Assembly: GCA_951406725.2 (NCBI GenBank)
Contig: OX597820.1
Coordinates: 17,298,001-17,362,000, forward strand
Direction: 5' to 3'
DNA: 64,000 bases
Origin: Octopus vulgaris
Lineage: Eukaryota
The notes beneath the pieces were generated by a model that was not told the origin of the DNA, did not search any database, and was given only the letters and a program-made list of their open reading frames with translations. The translations under genes were made by a program, and so were the position numbers. Below, one piece after another: positions 51,307-64,000 of this stretch. Each line of letters begins with the position of its first letter. The first letter of the stretch is position 1.

Positions 51307-51860
51307 GAGTGAGAGAGCAGTGCATGCCATCAAAGTGACACTGGGGTAAAATATATGAAGCCCCGTATACCCATCATGACTACCCGTCTGATAAGGGTAC
51401 ACCAGGCTCATGAATCACAACAATATGTGCGCGACATAGTGATCTCATATCAAGATAAACAGCGCATGACCTTGCAGGTGGGGCCCAGTTAGAATTTTCT
51501 TCAGGTTGAGTAGCCCATCCCGCTCAAAAGGTCCCTGAATAAGGATTGTTTAAGGATGTTGAAAGAACCACCCATGTTTCCAGAGGTGAATTATTCAAAC
51601 CCCAAAGAATCCCTCTCAACACATGGCTATGATGCTCCCCCACTACTTCTGCTCGTGATCAGAGATGCACATATCATCAGCCACTAAGGAACATGCTCAA
51701 CTGGTTAAGGTCAAACAACTGACGAGCAAATCTGTGGTATTGAGCAGAATATTTGCTGTAGCCCATCTTTTATACCAAGACAAAACAATGTACATGATAA
51801 CACTTCCAATCAGGTAAGATCAGAAACCATGAGAGCCACTGCCTGGTACTGCATCAGGGT
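51307..51860 (-). mobile_element. Non-coding 3' UTR-derived R4/Dong-associated element in a (TAA)n tract
   Basis: (TTA)n both sides; 51662-51840 is similar to 51924-52030, which follows the Dong ORF stop. Confidence 0.7.
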
Positions 51861-51861
51861 A

Positions 51862-51923
<62 letters not shown>

Positions 51924-51924
<1 letters not shown>

Positions 51925-52389
51925 GATGCACATATCTTCAGCCATTAAGAGACAAGCTCACCTGGTTAGGGTCAAACAGCTGACAAGAAATTCTGCAGTA
52001 GTCACTTAATATTAGATGCCATGAGAACCACTGATATTATTTGATGAAAAGTCTCAGCTTAGTTTACTGATCATGCTTCAAGAAGCTTGCAGAAAACTGT
52101 TGCAGTTCCAAGCAATGATGATTTTTGTAAGTGTTCTATTTTCACAGTAGCACCAATCTTGTTTAACCTTGTTGGTAGTTGAGTGCTGATATTTCCAAGC
52201 GCGCCAGTTACTACTGGTATCACGTCCACTCTCTTCATTGCCCACAATTTGCGCGTATTTTTGCACTTCAAATCGTCATAGTAGTTCACTTTTCCTTCTT
52301 TCTCTTTAATTCTGTTGTCGCCAGGATATGTTATGTCGATTACCATGCAAGGTTTTTTCTTTTTTGTTCAGCACAATAATGTCAGGTTT
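51924..52389 (-). pseudogene. Degraded R4/Dong REL-endonuclease fragment with partial 3' UTR
   Basis: KPDIIVL..IDITYPGDNRIKEKE..VIPVVTGALG..LQKSSLLGTA. Confidence 0.85.
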
Positions 52390-52432
52390 ATTGTTGTTGT
52401 TGCTGTTGTTGTTATTGTTGTTGTTGTTGTTG

Positions 52433-52475
<43 letters not shown>

Positions 52476-52676
52476 TATATTTTGTGAATGGTGTCTAAGA
52501 TGCTTTAATTCAAACAATATTTCCTTTTTTTGTTTTGTTTTTTTTAGTTAGGGAGGCCCCAGTGGGCAAAATGGAACTGAGAATAAGTAGATATGAGAAT
52601 AATGGCATTAAAATATCTGCTCTGGGAAATTCCTGGAGTACACATACATGCACGCACACACACGCACACACACACG

Positions 52677-52710
<34 letters not shown>

Positions 52711-53173
52711 CACACGCACACACTCACACACATACCATATTTTCTAGCATGCAGTTTGACGTTTTATTCTGACTGACGTGATGCGTTCTCTTATTTATAG
52801 AATCTGGTTTGATGTGTCATACCTATGGATAACAGCTTCCTTTTTGTATTATGAAGTGCAAACATTGAAACTTCATCATTATCCTTTCGAATTCTGCTTC
52901 ATGTCACACAGGACTTTTGGCCTTCCAAATTATTCTTCATGCATAAGTCGACCTATATGTTTCAGTTGTAACTTTTAGTCTGAAAGCTTCAGTATGTATA
53001 CTTGATATTAAAAAAATAAGAATATTTATAAAAAAACCAATTGTTTTTTTTTCTTAGCTCGGAGCCGTCAGCATCAGTGACTTGGTAGCGCTAACGCTGC
53101 AATATTTATTTCGATCAAGCGGACTATGGGCGCAACTCAGCCACTAATGACGACAAGTTTAAGATAAGGCTAC

Positions 53174-53214
53174 GTCGACTGACGAAGGCTGAAGAACCAA
53201 AAACGCGTCTGAGC
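53174..53214 (+). ncRNA. Degenerate hammerhead-like motif
   Basis: CTGACGA-aggctgaagaacc-AAAA-ACGCGT-C; G12 lost, stems weak. Confidence 0.4.
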
Positions 53215-53647
53215 GTCGGCAACGGGGAAGCACTGGGCAGATATGGTGTTCTTACATCTTTACCATGAGAGAGAATTTTTTATCCACGGTAACTGCAGTG
53301 AATATGCCTTTAGACGTTAAACTATGATTCAGTGATGCTTTAACTAACCGAAAATTCATGTACATATATTCAGATATGCATATTTTTGTTACAAACAAGG
53401 ATATAAGGAAAGACACCGACGCAAGCGTAACATATATATGCACATATATATATACTTATATTTCGCTCTCGTTGGCGTCTTTCCGTATATGCTTTGATTA
53501 TAATAAAACACTCAGTGGTTCGACAAATTGTCTTAAGATAAAGAAGATACCCGACTGAAATAGATACTCGGGTAAAACACAATAATCTGAAATGCATTCT
53601 ATGAAACCAGTAAAGTAGTAACAGAATGAATATCTTTTTATTTCTTG

Positions 53648-53740
<93 letters not shown>

Positions 53741-54446
53741 AAATGTGTGTAATCATGCGCGCATCTTTATGAATGCAACCACGTTTGTTTATACATGTGT
53801 GTGTATACTCTCCTATCGATATATAATTTATCATTATTCATGTATATTATACGCTCATAGTTTTTTAAAACTTAAATGCATGTTTTGCATTAAAACTATG
53901 ACAATCTTCAAATAGCATATCTTGTATTCTGGATTTTCATCTTTCCTCTTTAAATCTTTGTCTGGTTTCCAACAAACTACGTTCCAAATGCATTGTACTG
54001 ACTTTTACAAACATTCACAAAATCATAATCACATTACACAGTAATAATGGCGTTTTGTCCAAACGTTTTGCGATAAGTCATAATGGTTATTTGGTATTGT
54101 TGTACAACTAATATAATTCTCAAAACTGGATTTAAAGTTATATAACAGTAAATTCTGGTTGTTTTCATGTTGGTATGATATGTTTCGTACGTTTGATATA
54201 TTTGTGTATTTAATTTAGATCTGTATTTTGCTTTTAGTAAAGCTTCCATAGATAATATGTTTTTTTTTACAGTAATTCAACATCACATGCTATACATATA
54301 TACATACATGCATACGTATACGAGTGTCTGTGTGTGAAGCGTACACACACACACATACGCACACACGCTCACACACGCACAAGTACGCATATATATGCCG
54401 GTAAAATCGAACAAATAGTCCTCAATACTGGAATAGCGTAAGTCGG

Positions 54447-54650
54447 AGATATGGCAAGATTGTTAGCACGACGGACGAAATGCTTAGCATCATTTCGTCC
54501 GTCCTTAAGTTCAGAGTTCATATTCCGTTGACTTTTCTTTTCTACTTTACGGGTTCGATATAAAATAAGTACCAATTGAGCACTGGGGTCGATGTAATGG
54601 ACAACCTCTCTTCCATGAAATTTCTGGCCTTATTTCAAAATTTGAAACCA
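54447..54650 (+). mobile_element. Diverged SINE family B-like copy
   Basis: GTTAGCACGACGGACGAAATGCTTAGC..AAGTACCAATTGAGCACTGGGGTCGATG. Confidence 0.75.
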
Positions 54651-54874
54651 ACATTGGAGTTGCGTATAAATTGTATTTCTTATGCAAATTATACTTAGCA
54701 GGACAAATAGATACTTAGGATTTTCTACTAGATATAATCTGCCATATTTCAATCAGTCGAAAAACAAATTGTGCGTGTGTGCACAGCTGTATGTAAAAAA
54801 ATCATCTACTAATTCTGCGCTGAGCTAATTTCAGACACACACACATTATATATATATATATATATATATATATT

Positions 54875-55215
54875 GAATGTTCGAAATGAGGAGTAGCTAG
54901 ACAGTCGACAACTGATGAAGGGTCGTTCTCTGTGTTTACTTGTCCTGTTTTGCATTTTTTCTCTCGCTCTTAGCGTATTTAACTCGTTTGTTTTCGTATC
55001 ACATGTTTACACAGTTGGTGACGTCCCGTATATATATATATATATATATATATTATGTTCTCTCCCTGATTATTTCTGTGCTCCTTTCTGTCGAAGAGCG
55101 TAGGCTCGAAACGTAAAGGACATTCTCACTTCCCGAGCGTTAAACTAATACATCTGTTTGTTGTTTACACATCCTTCTTCATCTTTTGCTTTTTTGTGTG
55201 ATTTCTCACTATATA
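54875..55215 (+). mobile_element. Non-autonomous PLE-type element with variant hammerhead at 55082-55120
   Basis: tcctt t-CTGTCGA-A-gagc gtag gctc-GAAA-CG-TA-aagga; (TA)n flanks. Confidence 0.7.
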
Positions 55216-55238
55216 TATATAATTTATATTATTATATA

Positions 55239-55285
<47 letters not shown>

Positions 55286-56437
55286 CGGAGTAAACACATA
55301 AATGTGAAACAAGGTGGAAAAAAGAGTACTCAAATACCAGTGGTAGAGTAATATGCTTTATTTTAAGCAGCAGAAAAATCAACAAAATCTGTTACTCTGA
55401 GTTTCTCGTTGCCGTTCATCAGACAGTTTTTGCTAGAATGGAACATATATATTAATTCAATCTATACTCTTACAAACGCTACACCTTTAAAAAGAAATGG
55501 ACTTGTTTGATTGGCCCTTTAGAAAAAACGGTCAATCTTCGAGCGATAAACAAAAAGGTCAAAAATATATGTATATATATATAAAAACTTATAAAAATTA
55601 TAAAATCCGAGGAAAATACCGAGGAAAAAACCTAGTTGCCGTTAATGAAGACAGTACAAATTAATGCATAGAAATTAAACCTGTTATAAATACTGCAATA
55701 CATATTTATATTAAAATCCACATATATATATCAACATACACAAAAGGATGCGCGTAAACGCCATACATACATATACAGACGTATGAATATGAATCTAAAT
55801 TATACACATAAAAGCATGTGTACATATATTCACGCAAACCGTCTCGCACGCAAGCTAAAATTCATCTATGTAGCAATTCTCATATACTGAGCAAGGAGGG
55901 GGAACGAAAGAAAGGGAAAGAGAGAAAAAGGAACGGAGGAGGGGTGGGGAAAAAAATTGTAGCGATGTTATTTGGCATCTATAGAGGCCTGTATACATAC
56001 ACAAGTTTGAATTGATACATATACATACCGTCGTGTATATGTGTGCTTAAGCACAAGCATACTTTCACTCACACATACACAGATACGCATGCTTACAAAT
56101 ACAAATGCTTTGCTATACACAAACTTATATAAACATTCTAAATTTGACAACATTGCTTTTTTTATAAAAAAACATTGCTTTTAAAAAATGGGTGCATTAA
56201 TAAAAATATATACGAAAGACCTATAAAATAAAATATAACATCCTATTTTGGGTCATTTATAAATAATCAAGGTAATATAAATAATCAAGGTAATCTTATG
56301 CAATACAATAACATGAAAACAAAGTTTGTAGGTTTTTCCTAATATATATGTAGAAACAATAAGACTTTGCTATAGGTCCGTTGTAGCGCTCAAGAGTCAA
56401 AATCAAAATCAAAAAATCAAAATACAAAATATATACT

Positions 56438-57010
56438 CTATCCATATGGTATATTTATATTCGACATTTTAAATTTAGCCTTGTGCCTACATAAGTTCAT
56501 TAATTCACTTCTTTGATTCAAAGAATTATTGTCTTTGAATAATATATGCATTTTTTCTAATAAGCAAAGCCTGCACTTGAAATTATATTTGTAAGCTCCA
56601 TGCCTGTATGGTGCCGCCCTGTCCAGAATGCTCCATGTCACGTTGAAAGGTGGGGCTTCCTTTTCTTTTAGTTCCCAGACATATTTTGCTAGGCTGGTTT
56701 TCTTTCTATTCTCTGGGTATTTAAAAGAATTCTTATGAGAATAAAATCTTGTTTTAAATGAATTTTTTGAAGCCCCTGTGTATGTCTTGTATTCCGATGA
56801 GCCTTCCACTTGCACCTTGGCTCTATAAACTACTCCTTTCACTAGACATTTCCCTTCTAACGGACAGGAGCTTTCGTTTTTGCAATTACATTTCTTAATG
56901 GGCTCGGCACCATGTCTAATCTCAATTAGCTTCCTATTATGTTGGCTAATGTAAGAGGCGAAATTTCTGCAACAAGAATAGCTAACCTTCAGGGTTCTTC
57001 TATTAAATAT
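56438..57010 (-). pseudogene. 5'-truncated PLE ORF: linker plus GIY-YIG endonuclease (Naiad-type)
   Basis: IFNRRTLKVSYSCC..HNRK..CNCKNESSCPLEGKCL-VKGVVY..YTG..FKTRF..CRLCLLEK..LNQRSEL..CRH; frame open, RT domain absent. Confidence 0.9.
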
Positions 57011-57020
57011 TCTTCTATTA

Positions 57021-57600
57021 GGTTAGCTATTCTTGTTGCAGAAATTTCGCCTCTTACATTAGCCAACATAATAGGAAGCTAATTGAGATTAGACATGGTG
57101 CCGAGCCCATTAAGAAATGTAATTGCAAAAACGAAAGCTCCTGTCCGTTAGAAGGGAAATGTCTAGTGAAAGGAGTAGTTTATAGAGCCAAGGTGCAAGT
57201 GGAAGGCTCATCGGAATACAAGACATACACAGGGGCTTCAGAAAATTCATTTAAAACAAGATTTTATTCTCATAAGAATTCTTTTAAATACCCAGAGAAT
57301 AGAAAGAAAACCAGCCTAGCAAAATATGTCTGGGAACTAAAAGAAAAGGAAGCCCCACCTTTCAACGTGACATGGAGCATTCTGGACAGGGCGGCACCAT
57401 ACAGGCATGGAGCTTACAAATATAATTTCAAGTGCAGGCTTTGCTTATTAGAAAAAATGCATATATTATTCAAAGACAATAATTCTTTGAATCAAAGAAG
57501 TGAATTAATGAACTTATGTAGGCACAAGGCTAAATTTAAAATAGTCGAATATAAATATACCATATGGATAGAGTATATATTTTGTATTTTGATTTTTTGA
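57021..57600 (+). pseudogene. Mirror copy of the PLE GIY-YIG ORF with a C-terminal 1-bp indel
   Basis: ORF 57166-57600 is identical to 56438-56842 except K/E and the tail. Confidence 0.9.
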
Positions 57601-58579
57601 TTTTGATTTTGACTCTTGAGCGCTACAACGGACCTATAGCAAAGTCTTATTGTTTCTACATATATATTAGGAAAAACCTTCAAACTTTGTTTTCATGTTA
57701 TTGTATTGCATAAGATTACCTTGATTATTTATATTACCTTGATTATTTATAAATGACCCAAAATAGGATGTTATATTTTATTTTATAGGTCTTTCGTATA
57801 TATTTTTATTAATGCACCCATTTTTTAAAAGCAATGTTTTTTTATAAAAAAAGCAATGTTGTCAAATTTAGAATGTTTATATAAGTTTGTGTATAGCAAA
57901 GCATTTGTATTTGTAAGCATGCGTATCTGTGTATGTGTGAGTGAAAGTATGCTTGTGCTTAAGCACACATATACACGACGGTATGTATATGTATCAATTC
58001 AAACTTGTGTATGTATACAGGCCTCTATAGATGCCAAATAACATCGCTACAATTTTTTTCCCCACCCCTCCTCCGTTCCTTTTCTCTCTTTCCCTTTCTT
58101 TCGTTCCCCCTCCTTGCTCAGTATATGAGAATTGCTACATAGATGAATTTTAGCTTGCGTGCTAGACGGTTTGCGTGAATATATGTACACATGCTTTTAT
58201 GTGTATAATTTAGATTCATATTCATACGTCTGTATATGTATGTATGGCGTTTACGCGCATCCTTTTGTGTATGTTGATATATATATGTGGATTTTAATAT
58301 AAATATGTATTGCAGTATTTATAACAGGTTTAATTTCTATGCATTAATTTGTACTGTCTTCATTAACGGCAACAGGTTTTTTCCTCGGTATTTTCCTCGG
58401 ATTTTATAATTTTTATAAGTTTTTATATATATATACATATATTTTTGACCTTTTTGTTTATCGCTCGAAGATTGACCGTTTTTTCTAAAGGGCCAATCAA
58501 ACAAGTCCATTTCTTTTTAAAGGTGTAGCGTTTGTAAGAGTATAGATTGAATTAATATATATGTTCCATTCTAGCAAAA

Positions 58580-58617
58580 CTGTCTGATGAACGGCAACGA
58601 GAAACTCAGAGTAACAG
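58580..58617 (+). ncRNA. Minimal hammerhead ribozyme (mirror copy 55389-55426, minus)
   Basis: ctgt-CTGATGA-a cg GCAA cg a-GAAA-CTCAGAG-TA-acag. Confidence 0.85.
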
Positions 58618-58649
58618 ATTTTGTTGATTTTTCTGCTGCTTAAAATAAA

Positions 58650-58686
<37 letters not shown>

Positions 58687-58801
58687 CATACATACATACT
58701 TACATACATACATACATATATATATATATAATTTATATCATTATATATGCGAGCGTGTCTATATACAAACATAGGTGCATACATATGTATGTGCATATAT
58801 A

Positions 58802-58843
<42 letters not shown>

Positions 58844-59378
58844 CATTTTCGTACAAAAGTAATCGAGAATTATAATCAGTAATTGTAAAACGTCAAATCT
58901 CATCTCAGAAAAATTTTGTAATTAATCGAAATTAATTTCATTAATAAGAAACATGTCAGTTTAAATCAGGAGCACACACTCTTGGAGATGAAGTTATTTT
59001 GAGTTGTCATTTGATTTTTGAAGATTTTCTTTGGAAGAAATTATCAAGGTTTTGGAAAACGTTGCAGTCAAGTATGAAGAGATCTGGGCAGTAACCAACG
59101 TGAAGTAAACAGTCGTAGCCTACTTCACTTCGATTAAATTCTGCATTCAAGTCGAGTCGGCTATCGATATGAGAAAGATTGGGTTTAGTCTACTAACAAA
59201 TGCTGAATGTAAACGCTACATTTCTCATTCATGTTTTGTCAATGCTTTTCAAATGAGTTGGATTGGCCAGGATTTTAGGAATATAGTGTATAATTCCACA
59301 TTTTTCGAAAAGTATTTTAGTCCTTCAACTTGGTCCAGTCACTGCGCAATGCACGGTTAGCTATTAAAGAGAAATGAA

Positions 59379-59785
59379 GGCGGCGGGCTGGCAGAAACGT
59401 TAGCGCGCCGGGCGAAATTCTTAGCGGTATTTCGTCTGCCGTTACGTTCTGAGTTCAAATTCCACGGAGGTCGACTTTGCCTTTCATCCTTTCGGGGTCG
59501 ATTTAATAAGTACCAGTTACGTACTGGGTTCTATGTAATCCGTTTGTCCTTGTTTGTCCTTGTGGGTAGTAAAAAAATATATATTTCGTCTGCCGTTACC
59601 TTCTGAGTTCAAATGCCACCGAGGTCGACTTTGCCTTTCGGCAAAAGACGCCGATACAATAAGTACTAAGCTTATTAAGAATATGTCCTGCGGTCCATTT
59701 CTTCGACTAAGCCCCTTTAAGGTGGTGCTCAAACATGGCCGCAGTCAAATGACTGAAACAAGTAAAATAATTAAAGAATAAAAGC
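59379..59785 (+). mobile_element. SINE family B (about 1.4 units) joined to a family A-type 3' tail
   Basis: B body to ~59640, then TTCGGCAAAAGA..AATAAGTACT..CATGGCCGCAGTCAAATGACTGAAACAAGTAAAA. Confidence 0.8.
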
Positions 59786-60243
59786 ATAAAAGATTCCATT
59801 AAAATAACACCCTACTTTCTCTGCATAATACAAAAAGGAAGCTGGTATTCATAGGTAAGACACATCAAACCAGATTCTATAAATAAGAGAACGCATCACG
59901 TCAGTCAGAATATATCTAGAAAAATCCACATGAATAAAATACGATAATCGAGATTTAAAGTACTATAAAAATTTTTACAGTGTCTACAGCTATGACATTT
60001 ATTTCAGACGGTAAGCCCTTTTGTAACATAATTATTGTGGCTACAGGTATCGACGCATTCTACCAGAGTTGTTACAGTTCAACACACGGTTTTGTTCGCC
60101 ATTGTTTTAGCTGCATGCGTGGCGAGTTTCCACCATAAGCAGATGTACAATGGCGTCACATGATACAAGTAAAGAACTGAACATAACAATTATAATACAA
60201 AACGATTAAGCAACGAAGTATGTATGAATTAGACTTTTTAACA

Positions 60244-60301
<58 letters not shown>

Positions 60302-60363
60302 GTATATATATATATATTATATATTATATATATGTATATATTATATATATGTATATATTTATA

Positions 60364-60431
<68 letters not shown>

Positions 60432-60674
60432 TATATACATATATATGTATATATATATATGTATGTATGTATGAATGTATGTATGTATATGTATACTTAT
60501 ACGTATGAAGGTGGAAATGTATGTCCATATACTTATGGACAGGGAATGTATATTTATATATGTATATAAGCACAGCTATATGCATATATACGTATATGCA
60601 TGTGCATATATATATATATTAGAGAGAGAGAGGGGGGAGAAAGAAAGAAAGTGGAGGTGAAGAGATTGAAAGCT

Positions 60675-60710
<36 letters not shown>

Positions 60711-61347
60711 GTATGTACAATTATAGATTCAAATACATATATGTATATATGTGTGGGTGTGTACGTGCGAGAACGAATATATGATCACACACACACATAC
60801 ACATATATGTGTGTAGATGAGTGTGTAAGCGTGTATAGAAGTGTGTGTGTGAGAGAGAGAGAGAGAGAAAGAAAGAGAGGTAGAGTGCGAAAGAAGAGAA
60901 CTATTTATTGTGTACAAATTTTTAACCATTTATTTCATAGAAATTCTAAAGATACGACTTGGAGTAAAACGCCTCCACAATACCATTTTCTATTGGAATA
61001 TTGATTCTTGATAGAATTCAAGCTGTAAACATCTCGAACCACCCAAGGTTATCTTTTAATGAGCTATTGACTTTATTTTCAAGGTGGATGGTCTTTTCAT
61101 TTCTTTTTCTTTTTTTTTTTCGTCATTTTTATCTTATTTCTTTTATTTATATCTTAGAATTTATTATATGACTGATTTAAAATAAATAAAATTATGCAAA
61201 CGAATTTAACATATTACCAATGCAATGAAATTTCTAAAATAAAATAATTTAAATATCAAAACTAATTGTGTCATTTAACTAAGCAAATCTCTTGAGAGAA
61301 CTTGAAGAGTGCCGTGTTTATACCTCTTTTAATGGTTTCGAATGGAG

Positions 61348-61720
61348 TGTCGCGGCACTCCGTCGGTTACGATGACGAGTGTTCCAGTTGATCGGATTAG
61401 CGGAATAGCCTGCTCCTGAAATTAGTGTGCAAGTGGCTGAGCACTCCACAGACACGTCTACCCTTAACGTAGTTCTCGGGGAGATGCAGCGTGGCAGAGT
61501 GTGTGACAAGGCTGGACCCTTTGAAATACAGGTACAACAGAAACAGAAAGAAAGAGTGAGCGAAATTTGTGGTGAAAGTGTACAGCAGGGTTCGCCACCA
61601 ACCACTGCCGCAGCTTCATGGAGCATTAGGTATTTTTGCTCATTAAACACTCACAGCGCCCAGTCTGGGAATCGAAATCGCGAGTCCGATGCTCTAACCA
61701 CTGGGCCATTGCGCCTCCAC
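61348..61720 (-). mobile_element. tRNA-derived SINE family D
   Basis: Minus head GTGGAGGCGCAATGGCCCAGTGGTTAGAGCA..TTCGATTCCC; distinct body ending GTAACCGACGGAGTGCC. Confidence 0.8.
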
Positions 61721-61893
61721 AAATGGAGTGCATATTCGTGTTGTTTATACATTTTTGCCACAGTTTCATGCTAAAAATTCGGAATGAGACTCTTGAGCCT
61801 AGCTGTTTCGATGATGAATATTTGGCACAACTGACTGGATGTTTAACCAGTTTGGACGACTGTCTGTTACTGAAAGCAAACACACAACACACG

Positions 61894-61957
<64 letters not shown>

Positions 61958-62561
61958 AAATACGCGCACCAGTTGAGCACGGGGTTCAATAAAGTCGAGT
62001 AGTCCTCTCTCCGCAAAATTTCAGACGTTTTGCTTGCTGGCAAAAAAAAAAAAAAAAAATAGATACTAATGCTGCACAATCAAAGTAAAATCAAATCTAA
62101 ATCAAAGTAATTTTTCTGCTTTTCTTTTTTTCTCGTATACACATGCAATTCAAATCTCTATCAATGGGATTAGCCACTGGCCAGATCACGCATCCATCAT
62201 TTATGCAACTGTGACAAAATAAACGCTACAGCTGTAACGGAAATCTATAATTACGGGTGATATAATAACCCCGAATAGAAGATCGCATCCGGTATTGACT
62301 CGGGTAATGGCTAAATCAGAGCTACCTCTTGGTAAATAATGATTAAGTAAGAAAGTAATTTATTCATTGTTCTTAGAGGCAGCTACGTTATCGATGAAAA
62401 GGAAACGGATTTGAAAAAGAAATTTGAAAATACCCTGAAATTGCCACTTGCAAAATGACGGATCTATCAAACGAAAAGTAAATAAATTAATGTTGATATA
62501 TAAATGTGTGAGTGAGCGCGTGCTTGCGTATGTGTCTCCGTGCGTGAGAATAAATGTATAT

Positions 62562-62965
62562 GGAGTGGCTGTGTGGTAAGTAGCTTGCCTACCAGCCACA
62601 TGGTTCTGGGTTCAGTCCCACTGCGTGGCATCTTGGGCAAGCGTATTCTGCTATAGCCTCGGGCCGACCAATGCCTTGTGAGTGGATTTGGTAGACGGAA
62701 ACTGAAAGAAACCTGTCGTATATATGTATATATATGTATGTATGTGTATGTATATGTTTGTGTGTCTGTGTTTGTCCCTCTAGCATTGCTTGACAACCGA
62801 TGCTGGTGTGTTTACGTCCCCGTCACTTAGCGGTTCGGCAAAAGAGACCGATAGAATAAGTACTGGGCTCACAAAGAATAAGTCCCGGGGTCGATTTGCT
62901 CGACTAAAGGCGGTGCTCCAGCATGGCCGCAGTCAAATGACTGAAACAAGTAAAAGAGTAAAGAG
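62562..62965 (+). mobile_element. SINE family A, near full length
   Basis: Family consensus match. Confidence 0.92.
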
Positions 62966-63000
62966 TATATATATATATGTGCGTGAGTGTGTGTATTCCA

Positions 63001-63200
63001 TTCTTTTATTTGTTTCAGTCATTTGACTGTGAACATGCTGGAGCACCGCCTTTAGTCGAACAAATTGACCCCAGGACTTATTCTTTGTAAGCCTAGTATT
63101 TACTCTATTGTTCTCTTTTACCGACCCGCTACGTTACGGGGACGTAAATACACCAACATCAGTTGTAAAGCGATGGCGGGAGACAAACTCAGACACACAA
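63001..63200 (-). mobile_element. SINE family A 3' half, tail-to-tail with the previous copy
   Basis: Reverse-complement match. Confidence 0.85.
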
Positions 63201-63249
63201 ACACACACACAAACACATACATACCCCCCCCCCACATATATATATATAT

Positions 63250-63400
63250 AGTTAAAATGTGCAAAATACAAAAGACAAGTACGCTGAGGAAGAATGGAAA
63301 GGTCTTTGACGTTTCAAATCTACGATCTTCGAGAGAAGGGGATGAGAAAAGGAAAATGGAGAGAGAAAGAAAGAGAACGGAGAAAATGTGTCGGGAATAA
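63250..63400 (-). mobile_element. Diverged copy of the 11521/55060 PLE-type terminus
   Basis: GTCTTTGACGTTTCAAATCTACGATCTTCGAGAGAAGG parallels GTCTTTAATGTTTCGAGCCTACGCTCTTCCACAGAAAGG. Confidence 0.55.
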
Positions 63401-63489
63401 CAGTTTATATATACAAGTCTGTGTGTGTGTGTGAATGTGTGTGTGTGTGTGTGTGTGTATGTGTGTGTGTGTGTATCAAATAAGATTGT

Positions 63490-63900
63490 TTGACTATTGT
63501 TCGAATGGCGGATAAATGAAGACCCTAAACATCTGTTTAATGGCTAGCTTGCAGAGGGGAAACGAAATCGGTGTATACCTAAAAAGAGGTTGAATGACGG
63601 CATAAGAACCACCACAATGCCACTTGGAATGGATCCAAGCGCCATAGAAACCCTTATTACGGATTGAACAGGATGGCGAAGAAAAGTGTGGAGTGGAGTG
63701 GAAGCCTTCGAGAAGGCCAGGATTACACATGTAAGACTCAAGAGAGATTTAAAGAAGAATATTGCGATCGAGAAAATGAATCACAATCATCTTTTTGTGT
63801 ACACAGTTTGTGACAGACCATGGCTTTCTTTTGCTGGGCTCAAATCTCATTTGTTGATCCATGAAAAACTGACCCCCCACCAACTATTCTGTCTATATAT
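63490..63900 (+). pseudogene. 3' fragment of an RTE-clade LINE ORF
   Basis: LAEGKRNRCIPKKRLND..WRRKVWSGVEAFE..VCDRPWLSFAGLKSHLLIH (decayed C2H2 finger). Confidence 0.75.
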
Positions 63901-64000
63901 CTGTGCACACCGTTCATATGACATTTTAAGAGCCATAAAGATCAGAACATAACTGCAGCTGTTGGTGGTCCAAATGAGATATGCAGACCATGTGGGTATC

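Larger units (their letters stand above)
55283..58650. mobile_element. Fold-back Penelope-like element: ~1.63-kb inverted arms (55356-56988, 57020-58650), 31-bp spacer, 73-bp one-sided tail, in (TA)n
   Basis: Arms are reverse complements with only a handful of differences; each has a GIY-YIG ORF, ~1-kb 3' region and a hammerhead. Confidence 0.95.

Noticed and set aside
56438-57600. Selenoprotein-type Naiad (UGA at conserved Cys plus SECIS)
   Set aside because: All conserved Cys positions in the visible fragment are TGT/TGC; no in-frame UGA

Overview
AT-rich, microsatellite-dense eukaryotic DNA with no recognisable host protein-coding exon. The SINE families and (TA)n/(CA)n/(TAA)n load suggest an octopod cephalopod, intergenic or intronic (inference). 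Nearly all ORFs in the track are microsatellite or satellite artefacts. Contents: (i) at least four tRNA-derived SINE families in many copies; (ii) a Tc1 (DD34E, IR/DR-type) transposon at 21212-31694 whose left TIR is split by an ~8.85-kb insert, mostly an 8.5-kb AAAATTTT-based satellite with higher-order repeats; (iii) fragments of R4/Dong, CRE, RTE and probably HERO non-LTR retrotransposons, non-autonomous Helitrons and MITEs; (iv) a dense set of Penelope-like-element (PLE) derivatives sitting mostly in (TA)n tracts. About 14 loci carry minimal type-I hammerhead ribozyme (HHR) motifs (CUGANGA..GAAA, palindromic stem III), intact or decayed, from many sequence-unrelated families. Many are arranged as fold-back palindromes, including a 3.3-kb near-perfect inverted repeat encoding a Naiad-type GIY-YIG endonuclease, a 465-bp hairpin with a 1-nt loop, and a tRNA-headed HHR element that looks like a PLE-mobilised SINE/retrozyme. 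All structures were read by eye and none has been computationally or experimentally validated.
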